A stretch of 64,000 bases of DNA, from assembly GCA_951406725.2 (NCBI GenBank), contig OX597815.1, positions 14,942,001-15,006,000 of the forward strand, read 5' to 3'. The notes under the pieces were generated by a model. That model was not told the DNA's origin and searched no databases. It was given only the letters and a program-made list of their open reading frames with translations. Shown here piece by piece: positions 12,902 to 26,088 of the stretch; within the stretch, counting starts at the first letter, position 1; each line of letters starts with the position of its first letter. Source of the stretch: Octopus vulgaris. Lineage: Eukaryota. The position numbers and the translations under genes were made by a program.

Positions 12902-13648
12902 TTATATATATTGGCCCTGTTTAAATGTTTAAAAGAATTAAAACAAAGAAGAGAAATTATTAGCAGAGCAACTCTTTCCTCAGAAAAATTTCAGAAAATA
13001 ATTTGAAATCAGAAGGACCAAAAATCAACCGTTCAAATCAATGATCCAATGTTTTATAATAAACTAGAATTTTAAAATATATTCTTTGTTATTTACTCAT
13101 ATACATTCTGTGAAATTGGGGCAATTTCTGAACATACAGTTTCAGGAGTCATTTCATTTTATACACAGTTAATTATATTACTGTACTGGGTTTTAAAGAT
13201 TAAGCAGTAATGTGTGTGTGAGTGTATACGCATACATTTATGCCCTGACATCTCACTTTCTCTCTTTCATGATATATATATATATATATATAAGCATGCA
13301 CACAGTAATTTATACCCAAACATTGTGGTATGCATACACATATAAATTTTTTTGTACATGTTGGAATTTCATAATTGAACGTTTTAAAATAAAAAATAAA
13401 GGAAACAAATAGATGAATTAAATTAATATCACAAAGAAAGAAAATTTAGTTCAAACATCCAATAATGAAAAGCCTTGACATTAGAGGATACTTTGACATC
13501 TCTGGAGATTCTTCGGTAGATTGTCAAACAAAAAGCAATATTTGAGTTCAGAGGAATATACTTCCTGTTTTAATACTGTTGTTTTAGTTTATCTTAAGAT
13601 CCAACAGAACATTAACGACAAAGCAATTACCACGATATGAACAGCAGA

Positions 13649-14238
13649 TCAGGGAAATGGCGCAATGGCATTGATCTCTCGTTTTGAAACTGATACCGGC
13701 TTTTTCAAGAACCAATTCTTTAGTCTACTTTCGGAATCAGAGAAGTCACAGTCAAAGCTCTCATTGGATACTTGGCGCTGGGTGGTCATGGGTTTCACAT
13801 CTCCTGAACTTTTTGTCGCCGTTAAATTCATTAAGGAAACTTTCTCTACAAGGGTCATGTCGGACCTCTCATGATTCAGGTTTGAATCACTCTTGAACCG
13901 ATACAAAGAACTTTTGCTTTTTTCACATACTTGAGACGATCGAGACATCTCAGATATGGTTTCATGCAATACATCATGAGATTTTGACATTTTCCTTTGT
14001 TTTGTTGCTTGAGAGAGAGTCATAGGCATCACATCTTCAGACTCATCATCAAGTTGGAACATTTCCTCTTGGCATTCATCATAGACTGCAGCAAATTTTG
14101 GTAATGATAATTCTTTGGAGCTCTGTGACTTTGTTAACTGTGGGTTGCTTTCTTGTTGAACAAACGATGGTAATTTGGTGGGTTTCAGGCTAATTTCCAC
14201 TGGTTTTAATGCTTCTTTATCTACCCATGGTCCTTTCG
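13649..14238 (-). CDS. Host gene, last coding exon; joined product 245 aa, Ser/acidic-rich, probably disordered, possibly p33MONOX/KIAA1191-like
   Basis: Acceptor ttttatgtttcAG at 14239-14240. G|CG AAA GGA CCA TGG continues in frame into the 183-aa ORF 13649..14200. Non-repetitive sequence; 148+590=738 nt including TGA. Confidence 0.85.
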
Positions 14239-14299
14239 CTGAAACATAAAATAAAACGGAATATACGTTAGAAATGGCCTCAAAATTGATATTGATTTA

Positions 14300-15010
14300 A
14301 GCAATATAATGTGCAGAGAACAGGGATGGAATGTCGAGTATTACCACCTGGCAGTGGGGGCTAGGGGCTTCATTGAAAGAGAGATGACAACGCTATTCAA
14401 AAGAAGATTTGTTTTTTCTAGTTCGGAGCTAAGAAAACTAATAAGGAGAGTACAGGAGGCGGTCGAAAAAGCCAGCTTCTATATATGGCTGAAGCAGGAA
14501 GACCAAAAATGGCTTGAAAGTCATAACATGCCGGTGGAAGATAAAATCACTAGGTGAGACAAGCTGACACTGAATTAGCTTCGGTGATTGATGGGTGATG
14601 GTCGTTTAGAGAATGTGCGGGCTAAGACTACGTGCCTTCATTGGTCAGTTAAAGTTGAGACTGTCACGTGACAACTTGCTGGGGCTGCCTGCTGGAGCCT
14701 AGCAGCAGGTATTTAAAGGGAAAAATTTGACAAAACAGTCAGTCGTCCGCTGACACTCGTTGACGCTACATCGAAGAGGCCAGGGAACAGAAGAAAGAAG
14801 ACATGCACTCAACACCAGAGCAGAAGGCACCTCTGCAACATCAAAACGGTAGAGGAGTAGGGGCCGAAACCGGACGTGGTTCCTCCTGATGATGTCTTGA
14901 GCTAACTGGATCCTATAAAGGAGCTGTTGTGGTAGCAGACAACGAAACACGGTTGAAATTCCTAATACAATGCACAAATTAATTCAACCGCTCACATTTC
15001 TTTAAATCAT
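14300..15010 (+). mobile_element. 3' end of a restriction-like-endonuclease non-LTR retrotransposon (HERO-like), intronic
   Basis: CREQGW...AVGARGF...VQEAVEKASFYIWLK resembles the HERO/NeSL C-terminus, followed by a GC-richer 3' UTR. Confidence 0.7.
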
Positions 15011-15081
15011 CAACATAGTTGCCATTATTGTTGTTTACTATCAAGCCAACATTGATTGACATGTCATCAAAAGCATTCATT

Positions 15082-15620
15082 CATCATCATCATCATCATC
15101 ATCATCATTTAGCGTCCGTTTTCCATGCTAGCATGGGTTGGACGGTTCAACTGGGGTCTGGGAGCCCGAAGGCTGCACCAGGCCAGTCAGATCTGGCAGT
15201 GTTTCTACAGCTGGATGCCCTTCCTAACGCCAACCACTCCGAGAGTGTAGTGGGTGATTTTATGTGCCACCGACACAGGTGCCAGACGAGGCTGGCGAAC
15301 GGCCACGCTTGGATGGTGTTTTTATGTGCCACCGACACAGGTGCCAGACGAGGCTGGCAGACGGCCACGCTCGGATGGTGTTTTTATGTGCCACCGACAC
15401 AGGTGCCAGATGAGGCTGGCGGACGGCCACGATCGGATGGTGTTTGTTACGTCCCCAAAGCACGGAGGCCAGTCTATGCGGTACTGGCTACGGCCATGTT
15501 CGGATGATTTTCTTGTGTGCCACCGGCACTGGTACCACAAAGATACAAATTCCATTGATGTTCATCTATTTTGATTTGTTTTGATTTGATTTGATTTGAT
15601 TTTCACTTGCCTCAACAGGT
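15082..15620 (-). mobile_element. Family G element with an internal 62-bp tandem array
   Basis: Units start at 15262, 15324 and 15386; (CAT)n tail on the left. Confidence 0.85.
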
Positions 15621-16240
15621 CATTATCTAATTAAAGTCTACCTTGAGCTCAAAACACTCATCAAACTGCAGCTGAACCCTCATCTCCATTGTGTTTAAGC
15701 AACTGATGTTACAAGACCCTTCTCTGGATTAAAATTAAAATTTCAACACATCATCATCATCATCATCATCGTTTAACGTTCGCTTTCCATGTTAGCATGG
15801 GTTAGACGATTGGCTGAGGGCTGGTGAACCAGATGGCTGCAGCAGGCTTCAATCTTGATCTGGCAGTGTTTCTACAGCTGGATGCCCTTCCTAACGCCAA
15901 CCACTCCGAGAGAGTAGTGGGTGCTTTTACGTGCCACCGGCTTGGGGGCCAGTCAGGCGGTACTGGCAACGACCTCGCTCGAATCTTTTACACATGCCAC
16001 TGGCACAATGAACTAGAAAAGGTTCATCAGTTATATTGTTATATTGTGTATGTTCCATGACCAAGCAGACAATTTTTCTCTCAGAATTGGGACCTAGCAA
16101 CAAATACTTGCAGCAAAGTGGGATCTGCTAATGGTAACCAACAGCCAGATGGACAGCTAAACCAAGTAATAGATTAAGTTTGTGAAGGTATACACAGCAG
16201 CATCAGCTGATGTGGAGTATTGTCAAAAGTATCATCTCAC

Positions 16241-16388
16241 CTTGTCTGTCTCGAAGATGTGAATGGATGTAACTGTCACTATGTGGAGACTGGACCACTC
16301 CGAATTCATTTTCATTTCCTCCAATATCAAAGATTGGAATGTTTGGGGAATTTCCATAACTCAAAGACTTTGGTTGTCCGCCACTCAT
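16241..16388 (-). CDS. Host gene, first coding exon (MSGGQPKSLSYG...HLRDRQ + 1 nt); the exon begins at 16420
   Basis: Acceptor tcttttacAG at 16421-16422, ATG in AAAATGA context at 16388, donor CAAG|GTGAG after 16241. The 148 coding nt (phase 1) splice in frame to the exon starting at 14238. Confidence 0.85.
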
Positions 16389-16509
16389 TTTGAAATCAGG
16401 AAATAACGAGTAAAGAAAATCTGTAAAAGAATTAAATAGAAAATATGCGTTAAAAATGAAAGAACAAGACATTTTGAGTATAACAACAGGGGTTTCTAAT
16501 TAGACAAGG

Positions 16510-16845
16510 GACCACAAATTGCATAGAGGACTACGGCGCTTGTGGTGGTTTAGCCATGCATGTAGGCGTCCGGTGGGTGAACTGAGCCGTGATGTCCTTC
16601 TCCCAACTCCACTTCCCAACTGGCAGAAATGTGTGGGCGGGCAGCTGAAGACCTGGGTTACAACAATCAAGGAGGACCCCTCCGTGCTCATAGGACCGCA
16701 GGTGGTTGGCCTGCGCCGATGGAACCGTGACTGGCTTGCTATCTCCAGTGAACTGGCGCAGGACAGTCGTGCGTGGGCTGCCATGGTTCGAGATGCCTCG
16801 AGGGTGGTAGAAGAAGCCGACTCATGTCGCCACAAGTACAAGTAG
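16510..16845 (+). mobile_element. RTE LINE 3' end
   Basis: RRLWWFSHACRR...GGQLKTW...ELAQDSRAW, tail (CAAGTA)2. Confidence 0.8.
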
Positions 16846-18339
16846 AGGACTACTGTCAACAAAATAGCTCCTTGCTGCCTACTTTGATCTTAGCAAATCA
16901 ACTCAAAATGTGAAAAGACATAACTACATATTTCAAGGAATTGGTTTGAAGCTCAACCAATAGTGCCTTTATTTTCACTTAATAATGATGGTGATGATGA
17001 TGATGATGATGATGATGGTAATTTTTTTGCCACAAGAGAAGAGTACAAAACAGGTTATATATAGTATAGGAGGTTTACATAAAACCAGATGAGATAGGAA
17101 GAAAAGGGAATAAAAAGTATAAATATTCAAATCATCATCATGATGACATGGCTTCAAGGATCATACCTTTGTCCTGATACTTGTGGGTTTTCAGCTAGGG
17201 CTAATCAGGCAACCCAACAAATTCAAAACTGACCACCAAAGGCAAATGCCATCTGCCAACTGTTGTTGTCTGACAGGTATATGCTTAAATAGGCATTTTT
17301 GATTACTGGTTATTTTTTCCATAGTCACCTACTTTTTGACAAATTCATGAGGAGAGCAACTCTCTCTCCATACTCACCTTGGAGAACTTGTAAAGAGCCA
17401 AGTTCTCCAAGGTAAAACTTGTAATGAGCCAATAAGACCTTGACTAAAGAGGGAAGTTTATCTTTAATCCTCTTAACCATGTCCACCTCAACCTCTCTCA
17501 TCATAGCCACCAGACAGTGGAAAGCTGCTTGCATGCCTGATTAAAGGAGGGCAGTTTAACAATCTCCTCAATGGACTAAGTTGATTGCAAGACCTACAAT
17601 CCAAGCCAAAACAACAGTTTAACATAACTTTACAAGCCAGCAATGCCCACATATTAAAAAAGTGCATGCAGAATAGTTTTGTCATTTTGTATGTCTTGGA
17701 CAGTCCTCTCTGATAGCACTTCTGTCTCTGAAGAGTTTGTCACAAACTGACAATGTCCCTCAGTAGCACTGCCAGGTAAGGATTTCTGGAAGTTATCCAT
17801 AGTAGTTCCCTGGTCTGAAAATCCTCAAGAACAGACCAGCCAGTTTGTACTTGTCGATGGTGTCACTTTTTCCCACCACTATTCCACTATATTTCTACTA
17901 ACATGGAACTTCTACCCACTCTATATTACCCTTCTAATAAAAAAAAAATGGTGAACGTTTAGCAACATTCCAGATGCCAAGACACCCAGTATTTGTCATT
18001 TCTTGACCCAAAGACATGAGCCACAGAAAGTTAAAGTTGAACCTAATGAAAATTGAACTACTGAAACAGTTACCACAATATATCTTAACAAGCTCACACC
18101 ATCACTGCATTTATACAAAAATAAAACAAACTCTTTTTACATTATACTTGAAACCTAAGAAAGACTAACGATTCAGAAAAAAAAAACTGTGACTTTCAAC
18201 TTTTCCCCACTATTGTATATCATGTGAAGACCCGACAAATAACGTGAGTTCATGGCTGTTTCCTGCACCAGCTTCACATAGAAGCCCCAGCCCTTCCAAA
18301 GTGCCTTGGATCACAGGACAGCCTGCTGTGTTTACCTTG

Positions 18340-18890
18340 GATCATAGGGCAACCTGCTGTGCTTGAGGAGACCTATTGAGTCAAATACATCACCATCAAC
18401 ATCAAAAAATCAAATTGAAACTGTAGTCGTGATACCTGTGCCAGTGGCACATAAAAAGAACCATCCGAACGTGGCCGATGCCAGCGCTGCCTTGACTGGC
18501 TTCCGTACCGGTGGCACATAAAAAGCACCAACCGATCATGGCCATTGCCAGCCTCCCCTGGCACCTGTGCTGGTGGCATGTAAAAAGCACCATCCGAACA
18601 TGGCCGATGCCAGCGCCACCTTGACTGGCTTCCGTGCCGGTGGCAAGTAAAAAGCACCAACCAATTGTGACCATTGCCAGCCTCGCCTGGCACCTGTGCC
18701 TGTGGCATGTAAAAAGCACCCACTACACTCACGGAGTGGTTGGTGTTAGGAAGGGCATTCAACTGTAGAAACACTGCCAGATCGGACTGGAGCCTGGTGC
18801 AGCCTCCTGGCTTCCCAGACCCCGGTCGAACCACCCAACCCATGCTAGCACGGAAAATGGACATTAAACGATGATGATGATGATGATGAT
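18340..18890 (+). mobile_element. Family G element with alternating A/B internal modules
   Basis: Five GTGCCGGTGGCACGTAAAAAGCACC-like boxes separated by alternating spacers; (GAT)n tail. Confidence 0.85.
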
Positions 18891-19126
18891 ATTTACAAGA
18901 AGAAGGTTCTATTTGGCAAACAGCTGCAAATTAAAACATACAGGATACATTCCATTGGAAACTGTTTTCCCATGTAGTGAGAACAAAATACAACATTCCT
19001 TTGAAAATTGCTTGCACAGTTTGTAATTACTTTTGATATGCTATTATAAGAAAAGAATGCTCAAAGCTTTTTTCTTGATTCAACAGAAAGAAAGGTCTTG
19101 CTCAAATGAACAACAACGTGACTCAC

Positions 19127-19330
19127 CTTGACAGAGCACAGTATGCTCCCCTCCTTTACACATATAAATCATTTCAACTTAAGCAGTGATTATAAGCTAT
19201 ATATCCTATGCCACACGCACAGCGTTTCGGTCAGAGAGAGTGGTTTTACAGCAACAGTCTACGGCAGCTTCGGCAATTAATATAAGTTACACATCCTCTG
19301 AGAGATTATCATACTGCTTAATCTCCTATT
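19127..19330 (-). other. Candidate alternative or internal 5' UTR exon
   Basis: Consensus donor CAAG|GTGAGT after 19127 in a unique, repeat-free island. The 5' boundary is not defined. Confidence 0.3.
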
Positions 19331-19537
19331 AACTGATTTTAGTAACCAATCATGTTTCAACAGAGTGGGTTTTCCAAGGTTTATTTAGCAGCAGTATCAT
19401 ACCTCTTTTGTCAGTAATCAACTTAACAACCACAAGCCTTACCAGATTCAGTATCTGTTACAAGTGGCACACTCCAATGCCAGTTTAAAATGCTCACATC
19501 TACAGTCAAGTAATTAGTGCCATACAAACAAATAGCC

Positions 19538-20313
19538 GTTATTTCTTTATTGCCCACAAGGGGCTAAACGTAGAGGGGACAAACAAGGACAGACAAATGG
19601 ATTAAGTTGATTACATCGACCCCCAGTGCGTAACTGGCACTTAATTTATCGACCCCAGTAGGATGAAAGGCAAAGTCGTCCTCGGCGGAATTTGCCATAC
19701 AAACAAATAGCCTATTTCTTTACTACCCACAAGGGGCTAAACATAGAGGGGACAAACAAGGACAGACAAACGGATTAAGTCGATTACATCGACCCCAGTG
19801 CGTAACTGGTACTTAATTTATCGACCCCGGTAGGATGAAAGGCAAAGTTGTCCTCGGCGGAATTTGAACTCAGAATGTAACGGTAGACGAAATACCTATT
19901 TCTTTACTACCCACAAGGGGCTAAACGTAGAGGGGACAAACAAGGACAGACAAAGGGATTAAGTCAATTACATCGATCCCAGTGTGTAACTGGTACTTAA
20001 TTTATCGACCCTGAAAGGATGAAAGACAAAGTCAACCTCGGCGGAATTTGAACTTAGAACGTAAAGACAGATGAAATACCTATTTCTTTACTACCTATTA
20101 CATTTAATTATTATAAAGGCGGCGAGCTGGCAGAAACGTTAGCACGCCAAGCGAAATGTGTATCGGAATTTCGTCTGCCGTTACGTTCTGAGTTCTAATT
20201 CCGCCGAGGTCGACTTTGCCTTTCATCCTTTCGGGGTCGATAAATTAAGTACCAGTTATGCAGACGAAATACCGCTAAGCATTTCACCCAGCGTGCTAAC
20301 GTTTCTGCCAGCT
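19538..20313 (-). mobile_element. Cluster/multimer of SINE family M with an internal inverted segment (20118-20262)
   Basis: Repeated bodies; flank TGCCATACAAACAAATAGCC is duplicated at 19518 and 19693, and CAAATAGCC recurs at 20319. Confidence 0.85.
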
Positions 20314-23300
20314 GCAAGCAAATAGCCTTATGCCCATAAGCCATTGCAACTTCAACAGCTGTTATACACCATAGATCTTTGTATGGAACTTACTCTTCAG
20401 TTAATCTAAAATATTAGGAATGTTTAACCCTTTAGTATTTAAACCAACCATAACCAGCCCAAATATTCAAACCAGCCATATCTGGCCTTTTGCACCTATC
20501 CTATAATGTCATTCTAAAAATGAACAATCACATCATCAAAAGCTACACAATTAATTCAAAGCAATGTGAATAAATAAGCATTACATTTGACAAAATAATC
20601 ATTATCATCATCGTTTAACGTCCGTTTTCCATGCTAGCATGGGTTGGACAGTTCGACTGGGGTCTGGGAAGCCAAGAGGCTGCACCAGGCTCCAGTCTGA
20701 TCTGGCAGAGTTTCTACAGCTTGATGCCCTTCCTAACGCCAACCACTCCGTGAGTGTATTGAGAGTTTTTTACATGCCACCGGCACAGGTGCCAGGGGAG
20801 GCTGGCAGCGGCCACGATCGGTTGATGCTTTAATCCCTTTAATATTAACCCACCTACGACTGCACCTGGTTTTATGAGCTAAATTTCCTTAATTTAAAAC
20901 TTTCCACTAAATTTTCATGTTAATTTGTGTTCCAAATACCAACTTCAAAATCAATTGAAACAGATTGTATTATATCAGATATATTGTAATAAAAGAGTTA
21001 AGCTGAATCATCATCATCATCATCATCGTTTAACGTCCGTTCTCCATGCTAGCATGGGTTGGACAGTTCGACTAGGGTCTGGGAAGCCAGGAGGCTGCAC
21101 CAGGCTCCAGTCTGATCTGGCAATGTTTCTACAGCTGGATGCCCTTCCTAATGCCAACCACTCTGTGAGTGTAGTGGGTGCTTTTTACATGCCACCGGCA
21201 CAGGTGCCAGGCGAGGCTGGCAACAGCCACGATCGGTTGGTGCTTTTTACGTGCCACCGGCACGGAGGCCAGTCGAGGTGGCGCTGGCAATGACCACATT
21301 CGGCTGGTTCTTTTACGTGCCACCAGCACTGGTATCGCAACTACAATTTCCATTGATTTTTGATCGATTTTGATTTCGATTTCACTTGCCTCAACAGGTC
21401 TTCACAGGCACCAATTCACAGAATCTCTTTTTGTACCAATTTTCCATTAAAAAGCCAGTTTATCTCATTTCCTTCATCACCACAGGGACATTATCTACTC
21501 TAACCAATATGACACAGGAAAACTTCAATTCAAAAACACCAAGTATTTTCTATAAAACATGTACTGCTCAGTTGTGTTTACAAACACATTTGTAACCTTT
21601 TTTTTTTTTTTGCATTAACACTAATTTTCAATGCTTGAATTATTTTCAAACCTATAATTTCATACCTTTTAAATGAATATGTCACGTTGTATTACTTTGA
21701 TGTAGTGTACTAGCCTAAACCACTTCTAGCAGTATGTGGAAAATATAAAACAAAATACACATACTGTTATGCATATACATATACCTGTGTACATACTTAT
21801 ATATGTACATGTATCAGTTTTCTTTTACATATATGTACAAAAAAATTTGAACTTAGTACCTAGAGAGTGGTGGTGGTGGTGGTGGTGGTGGTGGTGGTGA
21901 TGTAAAGAATTATTGTATAATATTTATTGTATAGTATTTGAATAGCTTGTTTTCACATTGTTACAAAATTTGCAGTATTTAGGACAAGAGAATTGAAGTA
22001 GTGCTGGTCACAGTTTTACGAATGTCATTAATAACAAATGATGTTTTTTTTTTTTAACATAAACATAATATAAACAATATACTCTATGGTAGTTCATTCC
22101 TACATAACGATAATTTCTTTTACTTAACAATTAGTCATCATCATCATTTAGTGTCTGTTATCCATGGTTTGACTGGGACTGGCATGCTGGAGAGCTGCAC
22201 CAAACTTCAGTCTGTTTTGGCATGATCTCTATGGCTGGATGCCCTTCCTAACACCAACCACTCCAAGAGTGTAATGGATGCTTTTATGTGCCACCGGCAC
22301 AGGTGCCATTTGTCATGACTATGATTTTGCTTGGCTTCATGGGTCTTCTTCTTAAGCAAGACATAACAATTACATCACATGATCACATGACCGACCAGAC
22401 CATCAGATGTTGTTACACATCGCTGGTCACAATGCGTTCGCATTGTTTTAGCCTTTGAATGACGCCACCCCGCTATTATTATTATTCTCTTGTCACCTCT
22501 CTGGTAGTATAGTGAAGTCTAGGCTTCATAAAGGAGGTACAATAAGATTGAAACATATCCAGATTCATCTCCCATACCTGCCAAAATGATTAAAATAATA
22601 TTAGTCATTGAGCTTACACTATCTTTTCCTTATAGCATTAATATTTACTAATTAGATGCTTAACACTCACTGCATCAAGTGAGTAATGCTAAATTATGAG
22701 AAGTACAAGTAGAAAGTAATTTCGAGATTAGAGAAACTCTGCCAAATCTAGAAAAGTCAATAATAATATGCTATTTATTGTAAATATAATTACGTAAATC
22801 AATGGTCAGCCAAGTATTATTTATGCAAATCAAACCAACTGATTTAGTGGCTATAAATAGCTATAAAGCTATACATATCTTTCCATGGCTTGAATAGGCA
22901 GGTGCATGACTTCTGACGACGATCCCAACTAGGTTCAAAACTGGATGGTATTAATCCCACCCCTACCCTGATCAAAATTTTCTTTCCAGTCCACAGTTTA
23001 ACTTCATCATCATCATCATCGTTTAACGTCCGTTTTCCGTGCTAGCACGGGTTGGACGGTTCGACCGAGGCCTGGGAAGCTAGGAGGCTGCACCAGGCTC
23101 CAGTCTGATCTGGCAGTGTTTCTACAGCTGGATGCCCTTCCTAATGCCAACCACTCCGTGAGTGTAGTGGGTGCTTTTTATGTGCCAGGGGAGGCTGGTA
23201 GCGGCCACAATCGGTTGGTGCTTTTTACGTGCCACCGGCACAGGTATCACAACTACAGTTTCCAGATTTGCTCAGATTTCAAGGTAAAGTGCATGGCAAG

Positions 23301-23634
23301 TGGTCCACCGCGTATAAGAGCAGTGCATTGGAATCTGTATGCTTTAAGCTCATCTACCTTGAAGGATAAATGCCAGCTTCACCTGTAATTAAATGGGTTC
23401 AACATCCAAGAGATTTCTCTCTCATTTGCTTAACTCCATAAAACCAATGTGCTCTTTATGTGATGTTCACGTGGGATGAAGCAGAGAATATTTCTGATAA
23501 TTGCAATGACAATATAAATTTTTAAAATGGCAATGATGACAAAAGAAATGACAATAGTGATGATAAAAGGGAAAGAACAAAAAAGTAAAATAAAGTTAAT
23601 AAAAAAAATATCAATATCAAAATAAATTTGGATA

Positions 23635-23920
23635 GTTTAGAATTCTACGAAAATGGAATTAAAAATTCAACAATAACGGGTTTAAGAATTCTATAATAGA
23701 ATTTTATAATAATTAAATTCATGATTCTACTGTAACAGATTTAAAAATTTGACAACAGAATTTTACAATTCAGCAATAACAGAATTTTTAAGTCCACAAT
23801 AAAAGAAATAAAGAATTTTACAAAACTGAAGAATTCTACAATAACTGAATTTACAATAAATCAATACTAGAATTTAGAATTCTACAATGCAATTCTATAA
23901 TTAAAGGAATTAGGAATTTA
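23635..23920. repeat. Degenerate AT-rich minisatellite built on AGAATTCTACAAT
   Basis: The motif recurs about ten times with irregular spacing. Confidence 0.6.
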
Positions 23921-24487
23921 CAGGCGGATCCAAAGAGACTAGGAATAGTGTGTGTGTGTGTGTGAAAGAGAACAAAAACTAATTCAATAAAGTACATAAA
24001 ATGCTTAGTCAAAATCTAAATTTGTTCTGTTCAATTGATAACAGAACATGGTTCAAAAACCAGGGGAGGACCTTAAAACAAATGAAATGGATCAGGGAAA
24101 AAACAAGGCTAAATGACATTCCTACAAATGGTACTGGGTCGGACATGTACAGAAGACAAATAACAATTAGTGGATGCGAGAGTAAACAGACAAGATTCTA
24201 CGAAACCACAAAAGACATAAAAGACGATAAAGAACAAAACAGAAAGTTGAATGAGATAAATTCTATGAAAAGCAAAGGCTGAGTCAATTGATGAGAATAA
24301 TGAGCCGATAATTGGTATTCTATTTTCTAGTGCAGAATAAGAATTGAACCCATGTCTTATTTAGTTAAATATTTGTGATAAATACCCAGTTCTTGATAAC
24401 CAGATGAGCAATGATTGAGAGTGTAGTTATATCCCGACCTTGTTTATAGCTATTGTTGGTCAGTAGCATTGCTCTGTCAATATTTAA

Positions 24488-24709
24488 CCTTTCTGTTACT
24501 GTATTCATTTCGAGATGTTCTGTGTTTCTTTCAATTATTCTAAATATAACAAAGAATTTGGTAAAATAACTTAGTTATCATTCAGCTAGTGTTAGGAACA
24601 TAAATTGTGACTAAGGTTTGGTGAAAGATTTTAATTCAAAACTTATGAAAACGAAACATTTGTACTACAGAGCCGGAGCCAATTTCAGCTGGGGTTGGTA
24701 ACGAAAGGG
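24488..24709. mobile_element. piggyBac-like MITE (second family)
   Basis: TTAA flanks; CCTTTCTGTTAC...GTAACGAAAGGG imperfect TIRs. Confidence 0.7.
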
Positions 24710-24835
24710 TTAAACTGGTCAAGGTAGCAAGCTGGCAGAATTGTGAACACATGGAGCAAAATGTTTAATGGCATTTTGTTCATCTTTCTGTTCTGAGTTC
24801 AAATTTCAATGAGGATGACTTTACCTTTCATCCTT

Positions 24836-25168
24836 TACAAAGTCAGAAAACAGCACAGCTCCCATGACTTTCAGAAACATTTTTTCACGCTTAGAGTTGC
24901 TGAAGCATGGAACAAACTGATGCTGGCATCAGTTGTTAGTTGTCGGAGCACTGCATCCTTCAAAACTTCCATGCTTCCTGAGATTCACCAACACTACACC
25001 TGATTTTCTCCCCACCCCCATACACACGCAAGCATGTATCTGACTCATACACTGTTCACTTCCCAGACATTTGTACATTACTGCATATACTTTATACGCA
25101 CTTTTGACAGGTTGTGGTGCACCTGAGCACTGTATACAATAATTTCATCATTATTATTATTATTATTA
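24836..25168 (+). mobile_element. CR1/L2-group LINE 3' end
   Basis: YKVRKQHSSHDFQKHFFTLRVAEAWNKL, (ATT)n tail. Confidence 0.85.
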
Positions 25169-26088
25169 TACACACACAAAAAAAAAAAAAAGCTAGTGTC
25201 ATATCTGAACATGCACCCTATGAGCAGATACAACCTTATCCACTCAGACAACTTTCTTTGGCAGGATACCCTTTCTTTCTATATATCTGTATGTGTGTAT
25301 ATGTGTTTGTGTATGTGTGTCTGCTTACACACAGGCATAAACAACATGGCCAAAGGGAAAATACTGCATACCAAATACAATAGGGTCTCACACAATTAAC
25401 ATGATAATTTGAAAAACTTCAATTAACTGAGATTTATCCATGCGATTAATAGGCAAAATTTCCCTGTAGGAATTCTTAAAATCTAAAAATAGCTACGAGA
25501 GACAACTGTGATAAAATCAATTAACGGGAGGTCTAAGGCTAAAACCATGTTCATTGTTTTCAACAATTTTGCTGCATTTTCTGTATTTTCCAAAATTTCA
25601 ATTAACTCACTTTATTGGAGTTATCTCTTTTGATTGTTTTAAAATTTAATCAACATTAGACAGAGGCTGTATAGATAATCTCAATTAATCAAAGCTTCTC
25701 AACCCACTTTGTTTCAGGTATGTGTGCTAGTGTCTGTCCGTCCGTCCATCTGTCTGTCTGTCTCTCTCTCTTTCTTTCCATAAACACAAACACATACAAC
25801 CCACAACCCATACAAAAACGTTTGTGCTTATTCATACCAGCCTCCTACATGTACACACCCCTAATTGTACAAATCCATACAAATGGGTACACATTTACGC
25901 CAGTGAAAAACTGGTCGAGGAAAGCAGAGAACTTGTAATGAATGTCAGTGAAGCAAGTGGGAAGACTATGGTGTTGCTGTTGCTGCTGTTGTTATTTAGC
26001 CCTAGGCCTGGGCTGATTAAGTAACCCATGACTACAAGCATTCCAGATGTGCCATCACATTTTATTTTTCCTACATAACACATACATA

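Larger units (their letters stand above)
10830..13648 (-). other. Putative long 3' UTR of the host gene
   Basis: Mostly unique AT-rich sequence downstream of the stop, with minus-strand AATAAA at ~12235, 11037, 10948 and 10834. Dense repeats resume below 10820. The true end is unknown. Confidence 0.5.

Noticed and set aside
16203-16472. 89-aa single-exon ORF as listed in the track
   Set aside because: Its ends run through splice signals; only 16388-16241 is interpreted as coding.
17280-17880. Additional host exon
   Set aside because: No open frame with convincing splice sites; it looks like a very old LINE remnant and cannot be classified.
18430-18725. CRISPR-like repeat-spacer appearance
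   Set aside because: The spacers are homologous to each other and recur in dispersed copies, the context is eukaryotic, and there are no cas genes.
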